DNA from: Candidatus Caldarchaeum sp.
GTDB taxonomy: Archaea; Thermoproteota; Nitrososphaeria_A; Caldarchaeales; Caldarchaeaceae
Direction: 5' to 3'
Length of the DNA: 64,000 nt
NCBI GenBank assembly: GCA_038831915.1
Contig: JAWBKB010000003.1
Span: 665 to 64,664 of the forward strand
In this document: in pieces, positions 50,134 to 57,511 of the stretch
Position numbering within the stretch: position 1 is the stretch's first letter
Layout of the letters: each line of letters begins with the position of its first letter
Notes under the pieces: generated by a model
Told to the model about the DNA's origin: nothing
Seen by the model: the letters and a program-made list of their open reading frames with translations, nothing else
Database searches by the model: none
Position numbers and translations under genes: made by a program

Positions 50134-50560
50134 TTGAAGAAAAAATTTGTTCTGGGCTCGAGGGGATGGGTGGAAGCTTTTGTCAACGTCCTCAATTCAG
50201 ACCCCGAATACCAGTCTGCCGCAAAGGACTGGGAAGACCCAATAGTCATACTGATGACGGGCCTTCCGCCCAAGCTCCGAGAATATTTTCAAAGTGACGC
50301 AGTTGGATGCTGGTTTGACCTTTACCACGGTCGTTGCAGGTCATTCGAATTAGTGAAAAGCATCGACGAAAAACCCTCGCCAATTGTTCTTTACGGCATG
50401 TATGAAAAAAATCGCGATGGGCAAAGTAAACCCCACCATAGCAGTTGTAACAGGACAGGTCAAGGTCAAAGGAAACATGGCGAAGCTATTATCCAACGCT
50501 GGCGCGTCTTCGGCTTTCGTCAACGCTTTGAAGAAAGTTTCGACGGAGTTTTTGGCGTGA
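50134..50560 (+). pseudogene. SCP2 sterol-carrier domain protein with frameshift at an A7 run (50405..50411)
   Basis: N-terminal half in frame 1 (…VILMTGLPPKL…). C-terminal SCP2 motif MGKVNPTIAVVTGQVKVKGNMAKLL only in the adjacent frame, ending TGA 50558..50560. Confidence 0.55.
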
Positions 50561-50565
50561 ATGAT

Positions 50566-51606
50566 ATGCGGGCTGCGAGGTGGCACGGCTCCCAGGACAT
50601 CCGTGTCGAAGACGTTGACGAGCCTCGGCTACGGGTTGATAGCGATGCTTTGGTCAGGCCTACGGCGGCGTGCATCTGTGGAACCGATATGCATCTCTAC
50701 AAAGGCGACATCACCGCTGTTCCAGGCACCATCATAGGCCATGAATTTGTCGGCGTCGTCGAGAAAGTCGGGCCGTCGGTCAAAAAGTTCCATGAAGGAG
50801 ACCGAGCAATTTCGTCGTGCCGGATAGCTGACGGCGAATGCTGGTTCTGCAGACACGGTTTTTACGCCCAATGTGTCAACATTAACATCTACGGCATGGG
50901 CCCCGTTTACGGCGAAAGCTTGGACGGCTGTTTCGCAGAGCTTGTCCGCGTGCCATACGCCGACACGGTTCTGATTCCCGCTCCACCGAACGTTCCCGAT
51001 GAAAAACTCGTCACAGTCGGTGACAGCCTCGCGACAGGACATCAATCGATGGTTCACGGAGGCATGCGTGAAGGTGAGTTTGTGGTGGTGATAGGCTGCG
51101 GGCCTGTGGGGCTTTACAGCGGCATGTTTGCGAAGATTCTCGGAGCATCCCAGGTCGTTGTCGCCGATGTTTCCGCTGAGAGGCTTGAATATGCAAAACG
51201 GATTGGCTTCGAAACAATCAACGCAGCCGAAGTAGATGTTGCCGAGGAAGTTCGGGCGATGACAGACGGAGTTGGAGCTGATTTCGTCGTCGAAGCGGTG
51301 GGCCGTTCGCAGGAACCTCTCCTCAAAGCCGTCGAAACTGTCCGGAGAAAAGGCACGGTCTCGGTAGTCGGTTTCCATCTTCAGGAATACATCATCCCCT
51401 CGGGAATGCTCTGGCTCACCGAGAAAACACTAGTTTTCTCCATAGGCGACGCCATTAAACACAGCGAAACACTACTCAAATACATCAAGAACAACCGGAT
51501 CGACCCAAGCGTGGTCATCACACATCTGAAAAAACTGGACGAAATTCCGCAGGCGTTTGAAATGTTCGCCAAACAACAAGCCCTCAAAGTAATGATAACA
51601 TTATGA
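50566..51606 (+). CDS. Zinc-dependent alcohol dehydrogenase (MDR family)
   Basis: 347 aa from ATG 50566 (MRAARWHG). CGTDMH, GHEFVG, GCGPVG motifs. Confidence 0.85.
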   Translation: MRAARWHGSQDIRVEDVDEPRLRVDSDALVRPTAACICGTDMHLYKGDITAVPGTIIGHEFVGVVEKVGPSVKKFHEGDRAISSCRIADGECWFCRHGFYAQCVNINIYGMGPVYGESLDGCFAELVRVPYADTVLIPAPPNVPDEKLVTVGDSLATGHQSMVHGGMREGEFVVVIGCGPVGLYSGMFAKILGASQVVVADVSAERLEYAKRIGFETINAAEVDVAEEVRAMTDGVGADFVVEAVGRSQEPLLKAVETVRRKGTVSVVGFHLQEYIIPSGMLWLTEKTLVFSIGDAIKHSETLLKYIKNNRIDPSVVITHLKKLDEIPQAFEMFAKQQALKVMITL

Positions 51607-52698
51607 TGACACAGCCACCGCGGTCAGAGGGTCTGCTAAAAAATATCCATCAGCTCTCTTCTCCAAAACATTCAACTTAACCAATCCTTTGAGAATTCGT
51701 GATAGATGTGCGTTTGAAACGGGGACTTTCCGCCAAGCTTCGACGACCTGTTTTATTTCATTCCATTTGCTGCTGCCTTTCGCCACAGCTCTGACCACGT
51801 CTCTGTAAAGCGGTGACCGTGTGAAGATTTTCTCCAACTCATTCCGCGTTATCTGCACGGCTTCTTCAACAACTTTATCCAGCACTTCACCGTCGGCCCT
51901 CCACCTCGAAACGGCTTCGTACCCGTAGTAGGTGAGCCATCCAACAACCCCGTCAAGAACATCAACCACTTTCTCCAAAACAGCTTTGTCAGGCCTCATC
52001 CCGTATTCTTGAAAACCTTGACGCAGAAAATCCAGCGAAGCAGTTTGGTCAAATTTTTTCAAAACTATTTCCTCCCGGTAACGTCCGTATAATGGGCTTG
52101 AGGAATCGTATGCACCGATGAAATCCATCAGAAGCCCTACCTCTGAACCCGTCAACACAAATTTCACATGTCTAAGGTTGTCGTATGCGTAGGCGAGGAA
52201 GCTACGGAAATCTATGCGTCCTTTGCCGCCTCTCACAAACCTGAGCAACTGGGCTTCGTCGAAAGCCACCACGAAGTTCCTGTTCTCCTTTTTCATCGCG
52301 TTGTCGATTGCGCGGAAAAGCGACGAAAGCGAAACACCCGACCGTCCCCAGTCAAGCTCAACTTTCACACCGGCGACTTCGACACCACGCACTTTCGCGA
52401 TAAAATCTTTCAGCTTCCGCCATCTCGAAACGACGCGGCTCAGCTCCTCCGAAAGAAGCCTATAAAACGCAACCTTTGAAAAACCTTCCTCGGCAAATAT
52501 TCTCAAATCAAGGTAGATGTAGGGCCCGCGGTATTCGTTCAACGCTACTTTTAGCAGCGAGGTTTTTCCCAGCCTACGCATCCCCAACACCAGTATTAGA
52601 GGAGGCCCCGAAACAAACGCGGAAAGAAGCTTCTCCAGCTCCTCATCCCGTCCAAACAGGTTTTCTCGGCTGTCTTTGGGCCGTGGGTCGAATAGCAA
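51601..52698 (-). CDS. Archaeal ATPase family protein (AAA+ with C-terminal winged-helix, PF01637-like)
   Basis: 365 aa, TTG start. FGRDEELEKL, Walker A GMRRLGKTSLL, Walker B VVAFDEAQ. Confidence 0.7.
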   Translation of the reverse strand: MLFDPRPKDSRENLFGRDEELEKLLSAFVSGPPLILVLGMRRLGKTSLLKVALNEYRGPYIYLDLRIFAEEGFSKVAFYRLLSEELSRVVSRWRKLKDFIAKVRGVEVAGVKVELDWGRSGVSLSSLFRAIDNAMKKENRNFVVAFDEAQLLRFVRGGKGRIDFRSFLAYAYDNLRHVKFVLTGSEVGLLMDFIGAYDSSSPLYGRYREEIVLKKFDQTASLDFLRQGFQEYGMRPDKAVLEKVVDVLDGVVGWLTYYGYEAVSRWRADGEVLDKVVEEAVQITRNELEKIFTRSPLYRDVVRAVAKGSSKWNEIKQVVEAWRKVPVSNAHLSRILKGLVKLNVLEKRADGYFLADPLTAVAVSS

Positions 52699-52772
52699 GT
52701 ATCACCCCTGATACCTAAGTATCACCCCCGATACTTTAACGTTTTCACCACGCGTTACTTTAACGTTTTCAT
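52697..52772. repeat. Two tandem copies of palindromic AAGTATCACCCCYGATAC plus two copies of ACTTTAACGTTTTCA abutting the ATPase start codon
   Basis: Direct repeats at 52697/52717 (inverted GTATC...GATAC cores) and 52733/52758. Candidate operator/promoter elements. Confidence 0.6.
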
Positions 52773-53019
52773 ACTGCTTCTTCACAAGAGGTTTCAACGT
52801 GCCGCGGGATTCGAGAAAATCAACCAAAACACTCACCACCACGTCGGCTCTGCTGCGGAAACCACGCATCGCCGCCTCCTCCTCGCGGAGAAACACGTCG
52901 ATAGCCTCAGCCAAAGCCGCGAGAATCTTCACCGTGCAGTAATTTCTCGCGGCCGATGAATTATCGATGAATCTGCGATGATTCATCTGTGAATCATTTT
53001 TCTCCATCGTTTTTATCAC
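52702..53019 (-). CDS. Hypothetical protein (105 aa); C-terminus encoded by the repeat region
   Basis: ORF only. ENVKV repeated because it reads through the DNA repeats, so may be shorter or non-coding at the 3' end. Confidence 0.25.
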   Translation of the reverse strand: MIKTMEKNDSQMNHRRFIDNSSAARNYCTVKILAALAEAIDVFLREEEAAMRGFRSRADVVVSVLVDFLESRGTLKPLVKKQYENVKVTRGENVKVSGVILRYQG

Positions 53020-53118
53020 TCTCCGCGGCTTTCAGCTGTGTGATGCCCGGATTTATCCTTGGGAGGTGGCTGAAAGTTCAGCGGCTTTACCGTTGGTCGG
53101 ACAGGGAGGTGAGCGAAA

Positions 53119-53277
53119 ATGCCGCCGCTGAGAAGTTTCAGGAATAAATCACGCCGCCTGTCTCTCCGCCTTGCTGCTGAAATGTATGAATGGCTGGTCG
53201 CTGAAGCCGTTCGAGCAGGCCTGCCTCTTTCGATGTTTGTGCGACGTCTCATACGTGAGACGATGCGGAGGCGGTGA
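53119..53277 (+). CDS. Ribbon-helix-helix (CopG/Arc-like) small DNA-binding protein, 52 aa, not in ORF track
   Basis: MPPLRSFRNKSRRLSLRLAAEMYEWLVAEAVRAGLPLSMFVRRLIRETMRRR: beta-strand RLSLRL followed by two helices, as in RHH antitoxins. Confidence 0.55.
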   Translation: MPPLRSFRNKSRRLSLRLAAEMYEWLVAEAVRAGLPLSMFVRRLIRETMRRR

Positions 53278-53280
53278 AAA

Positions 53281-53562
53281 ATGCCCAAAATGTTTTCCAA
53301 ACAGCCGGCGGTGAAATCAATCTTCGCAGTCGGTGAAATTCTCTACAGGCTCGCGGAGGAAAAACAGTTGTCCATGATGAGCGTGGAGAAGGGTGAGTTG
53401 CGGCATCTGCTCAACACTGGGAAGAAACGCGGGAAATCAATCTTCACTATAGCGATTCAGCGTTTCACGGTTTCAACCGTGGTCGCGACGTCGCGGTGGA
53501 TGATTGAATTGGTGGACCGTGAAAAACCGTTGATTGTTTTCAAGGTGAGGTGGGATGAATGA
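53281..53562 (+). CDS. Hypothetical 93-aa protein between RHH and ParB-like genes
   Basis: Starts 3 nt after the RHH stop. 8-nt overlap with the next gene. No family recognised. Confidence 0.35.
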   Translation: MPKMFSKQPAVKSIFAVGEILYRLAEEKQLSMMSVEKGELRHLLNTGKKRGKSIFTIAIQRFTVSTVVATSRWMIELVDREKPLIVFKVRWDE

Positions 53563-54100
53563 AGTTGTTTGGCTCGACGTAATGTGTTTGCGGAAAGGTT
53601 TCTACAACCCGCGAATCGTTCAAGACCTCGACAGAGCGCAGATACTTCTCGAAAGCGTGAAAAAACATGGAATCAAGCAGCCGCTTCTCGTCGTTCCATC
53701 AGCAGACAGCCTGTATGAAGTGTTGGACGGCAGCCGGAGGCTCGAAGCTGCAAAACAAGCCGGAATACAGAAAATCCCATGCATCGTTATTGAAACATCT
53801 CAGATATCGCAGACATCTCTCGCCATCCATTTCAGCCAAGAAGACCTCACCGAACAGGAGCTTATCATCTATGTCTAAAGACTTGTCGCCGAAGAAATTT
53901 TCCCAACGGTCGAGGATTTGTGCCGTTTTCTCGGTGTGTCGAAGTCATGGTTCCACACTTTGAAGAAGGCCGCGAAACTCAGACCGTCAAGCGAAGAGAT
54001 TTCAACAACTTCTCTCGCCTTAATCAAAAAAGCAAACATCGACGAGGAAAAAAAGAAACAAATGCTTGAAGCGTATCCGTTGGCGCGGCATCTTCTCTAG
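53555..54100 (+). CDS. ParB/Srx N-terminal (ParB-like nuclease) domain protein with C-terminal HTH, interrupted by in-frame TAA at 53876..53878
   Basis: QPLLVV...YEVLDGSRRLEAAKQAG...PCIV (ParBc motifs). Downstream in the same frame, EDLCRFLGVSKSWFHTLKKAAKL (HTH) follows after one TAA. Confidence 0.5.
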
Positions 54101-54394
54101 AACGAGTTGGAGGAAATTGTGGATAAACAGCCTGAAAACCCTGTTGAAATCATCGAGAAACATTTTTTGATGACGCCACGTAAAGCCGACGACTACACGG
54201 TTACGGCGTCCGGCACGTATGACTACTTGCTGGGGAAGAATGCTGGCGTTGTGGAGTTTGTGGCCCTCCGCTGCGTGGAAACGCTTTGGCGAATACAGTT
54301 TCCCGCAGCCGATTTACCCGTGGTTAAGATGATGATTCAAAAGCAGTATCGGGATACGTTTTTTACCAGGGTTTATGGGTTAAGCAGGCGTAGA

Positions 54395-55807
54395 ATGGCG
54401 CAGACGGTGTTTGAGAAAATCTGGGATTCTCACGTGCTGGCTGAACGAGAGGACGGCATGACACTTCTCTACATCGACCGGCATTTAACACATGAAGTAA
54501 CATCCCCTCTCGCGTTCGAAAACCTGCGACATTCGGGCCGAACCGTTCGAAGACCAGACCTAACTTTCGCCGTCATGGACCACAACGTTCCCACCACGGA
54601 TAGAACCGAGCCGGTGAAAGACCTCATGTCAGCCGCCCAGATGCAGGCTTTGCAGCGAAACGCCAAACAGTATGGTATTGTTTTGTTCGACTATTTCAGC
54701 CCGTTCCAAGGTATCGTCCACGTCATCGGCCCAGAGCTCGGCCTCACGATTCCCGGCATCACTTTGGTCTGCGGCGACAGCCACACCTCGACTCACGGTG
54801 CTTTCGGCGCTCTTGCATTCGGAATCGGAACAAGCGAAGGAGAGCATGTCTTCGCAACCCAAACACTCTGGCTTAAGAAACCTAAGCAGATGAACATCGA
54901 GCTGAAAGGAAGCCTGCCAACCAACGTCTCGGCGAAAGACATCATCCTATACATCATCCGCACACTCGGAACCGGCGGCTGCATCGGCCACGTCGTCGAA
55001 TTCACAGGGCCTCTCACAAAGCAGCTCAGCGTCGAAGAAAGGATGACTCTCACCAACATGAGCATCGAAGGCGGCGCGAGGACAGCCATCATAGAGCCTG
55101 ACCAGAAGGTGTATGACTACATCCGCGACGCACCCTACAGCCCCAAAGGCCGTGAATGGGACGAAGCCAAGCATTACTGGGAGACGCTCAAAACAGACCC
55201 CAACGCCCGGTACGACGCGTTTCACAGCTTCGACGTCTCAAGCCTCGAGCCACAGGTTACGTGGGGCACAAATCCCGGCATGACAGTCGGCGTAACCGAA
55301 ACCGTTCCGTCACCGGATGACTTTGACGACCCAACTGAGAAAAAATCTGTGCAAAGGGCCCTCGAATACATGGGCCTCAAGCCGGGTATGAATATCTCCG
55401 ACATCAAAGTCGACACCGTTTTCATCGGTTCATGCACAAACGCAAGGCTGAGCGACCTGATCGACGTAGCTCGGATGGTGAAAGGCCGTAGGAAAGCTGA
55501 CGGTGTAAGGGTTTTGGTCGTTCCCGGCTCCCAGCTCACTAAACGGAGAGCGGAGAGAATGGGGCTTCACAGAATATTCATCGAAGCAGGGTTTGAATGG
55601 CGGAACAGCGGATGCAGCATGTGCATAGCGATGAACGAAGACCGGCTCAGACCAGGTGAAAGATGTCTCTCAACGAGCAACCGCAACTTCGAAAACAGAC
55701 AAGGCATCGGAGGACGCACACATCTCGCAAGCCCACTAACAGCCGCCGCAACAGCACTCACAGGAAAAATAACAGACCCAAGAACATTCGAACTACAATC
55801 ACTCTAA
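54395..55807 (+). CDS. 3-isopropylmalate dehydratase/homoaconitase large subunit (aconitase family)
   Basis: 470 aa from ATG 54395 (MAQTVFEKIWDSHV). DRHLTHEVTSP, GDSHT, GSCTN, Cys ligands CSMC. No adjacent small subunit. Confidence 0.85.
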   Translation: MAQTVFEKIWDSHVLAEREDGMTLLYIDRHLTHEVTSPLAFENLRHSGRTVRRPDLTFAVMDHNVPTTDRTEPVKDLMSAAQMQALQRNAKQYGIVLFDYFSPFQGIVHVIGPELGLTIPGITLVCGDSHTSTHGAFGALAFGIGTSEGEHVFATQTLWLKKPKQMNIELKGSLPTNVSAKDIILYIIRTLGTGGCIGHVVEFTGPLTKQLSVEERMTLTNMSIEGGARTAIIEPDQKVYDYIRDAPYSPKGREWDEAKHYWETLKTDPNARYDAFHSFDVSSLEPQVTWGTNPGMTVGVTETVPSPDDFDDPTEKKSVQRALEYMGLKPGMNISDIKVDTVFIGSCTNARLSDLIDVARMVKGRRKADGVRVLVVPGSQLTKRRAERMGLHRIFIEAGFEWRNSGCSMCIAMNEDRLRPGERCLSTSNRNFENRQGIGGRTHLASPLTAAATALTGKITDPRTFELQSL

Positions 55808-55811
55808 CGCT

Positions 55812-56192
55812 TTAAAGTTCCTCACTCCTCAAAACCCGCACATACTTCTTAGCGGTTTCAAACAGTTTCGAGTCATCGGTCACCAGGTCCAACCCGTTCT
55901 GAACAGCTGCTTGAAGATAAACGGCGTCGCAGAAAGTTATGTTTTCGCTTATCGCCAGCGACAATGCATCGCTAAAATTTACAGGAGCTGTTTTCATCAA
56001 CGCGATTAATGCCTGAAGTTTTTCAAAAACGGTTAGACAATCTTCATGTCTCATGCTGTCTCGTCTCTTCCATACGTAGTTTCCAACCTCAAACTTGACA
56101 AGCTCGACAGAGTAATGGCCGACAAGCTCCGCCGCCTTACCCAGCCAGACACAGTTTATCAACGCCGAAGCATCGAAAAGCCTATGTTTCAT
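55812..56192 (-). CDS. vapC: PIN-domain ribonuclease (VapC toxin)
   Basis: 126 aa. FDASALI...LVTDD acidic PIN residues. Overlaps upstream antitoxin gene by 11 nt. Confidence 0.75.
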   Translation of the reverse strand: MKHRLFDASALINCVWLGKAAELVGHYSVELVKFEVGNYVWKRRDSMRHEDCLTVFEKLQALIALMKTAPVNFSDALSLAISENITFCDAVYLQAAVQNGLDLVTDDSKLFETAKKYVRVLRSEEL

Positions 56193-56406
56193 CTCTGATT
56201 TCCCTGATCAGCCGCACGGTTTCCTCGGGGCTTGTCAGAAACTTCTTCACCTCGTCGAGCTCTTTCAAAAGAGTTCTTACTTTTCTCTTCTTCACCTCTT
56301 CCTCTAAAGCTCTTCTGATAACCTGCGATGGTTTTATCTTCAATCGTTTCAACTCTTGCTTCAGCTCGAGAGGTATTTTCGCGGAAACTGTTGCGTATTT
56401 CCTCAC
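56182..56406 (-). CDS. vapB: VapB-like antitoxin (small DNA-binding protein)
   Basis: 74 aa. TVSAKIPLELKQELKRLKIKPSQVIRRALEEE. Operon with PIN gene. Confidence 0.6.
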   Translation of the reverse strand: MRKYATVSAKIPLELKQELKRLKIKPSQVIRRALEEEVKKRKVRTLLKELDEVKKFLTSPEETVRLIREIRDET

Positions 56407-56629
56407 GGTTGTACCAAAAGTAATACTTCTTTGTAGTATAAAAAATTACTACCAAATTCTCAAACCACAAAGCAGCCTTTCCAAACCTTGCTACAAAAAC
56501 TCAGTCAAGAGCCATAGAGCTGTTGCTGACAGGGCTGTTATGAAAGTCGCGGAAGTTCAACGCGTGGCTGGTCTCATCGAGCAGTTGATGAACATGATGC
56601 AGAAAATCGGGCTCATGAAATTCACGTAG

Positions 56630-56953
56630 TCATATTTTTTGTGTTTTTGCTTTTTTCATGTAGTGCCGTGCTTCTTGTGGTGTTTGGATGTGGATTTCGA
56701 ACGGCGGCCGCACGCCGGCTCGTAGAAGAGCTGCACGCATCGCGGCGTGGTCTTTGTTCGTCACTATGAGAATGTCGATGTCGCTGACAAGCGAATGTCT
56801 TCCCTCCGCAACCGAGCCAAAGAGATAGATTTCGGCGTTTTCGTCCACCTCTGTTGCGGCATGTTTAATTTCCCGCAAATACTTTTCCAAATTTGCGAAG
56901 ATTTCTCTCCTCCTCATCGCTTCTTCGATAAGCAGTTTTTCAGACATTTGCAA
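56630..56953 (-). CDS. Minimal nucleotidyltransferase (MNT) antitoxin-like protein
   Basis: LFGSVAEGRHSLVSDIDILIV (GS...DxD NTase motif). Confidence 0.75.
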   Translation of the reverse strand: MQMSEKLLIEEAMRRREIFANLEKYLREIKHAATEVDENAEIYLFGSVAEGRHSLVSDIDILIVTNKDHAAMRAALLRAGVRPPFEIHIQTPQEARHYMKKAKTQKI

Positions 56954-57317
56954 TCAACTCCTTCACGGATTCCATTACCTTCTTAACCTCTTCTCCTCTG
57001 TACAGCCTCGGCACATATCTCGCAGTTATGTAAGCGTCTTCGAGCAAGCCCAGCTCGGTCAAATGCTTCTCCAACAACCTGTCAACCTCTTTGTTCTGTG
57101 AAACTTTTCCCAACATTTCCAGTAGAGCTGTTACGCTGTGTGACCGCGGATAGTCCACGCCGTTTTGCAGCAGCCTCGCCTTTAGGAAAAGCTGGAGGGC
57201 CTGCTCCAAGCTGAACATGGCCAGGTCATAGTAACCGACTTCATACTGATGCTCCGCGGTCTCGAGGAAACGTCGAGACCTCGTCAAAAGCATCTCTATT
57301 TCCTCTTTCCGGGACAT
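56940..57317 (-). CDS. HEPN domain protein (toxin-like partner of MNT)
   Basis: 125 aa, R-x4-H motif (YPRSHS). 14-nt overlap with the MNT gene. Confidence 0.75.
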   Translation of the reverse strand: MSRKEEIEMLLTRSRRFLETAEHQYEVGYYDLAMFSLEQALQLFLKARLLQNGVDYPRSHSVTALLEMLGKVSQNKEVDRLLEKHLTELGLLEDAYITARYVPRLYRGEEVKKVMESVKELIANV

Positions 57318-57511
57318 GGCGTCTGTCTGTGTTTACATGGACATGGTATATAAGGGGTCTTCGCCGAGAATGTTCGAGACAGTTAGATGTAAAAATCACT
57401 TGCATGACGAATTGCTGTTTTAGGCGTTGAAATGACGTCTCAGATGGCATAAGCTATTTAGCTCGTCGAGCGCTATCTTCTGTGGGAATTTGTTTGGTCA
57501 GTTTGGCTAAG

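Noticed and set aside
53016-53300. Arg-rich 94-aa minus-strand ORF
   Set aside because: It is antisense to the well-formed RHH gene (53119..53277), with low-complexity basic composition.
54107-54394. 96-codon N-terminal extension of the LeuC-like ORF in the ORF track
   Set aside because: The conserved aconitase-family N-terminus MAQTVFEKIWDSH begins at ATG 54395. The extension exists only because no stop intervenes, and it shows no homology.
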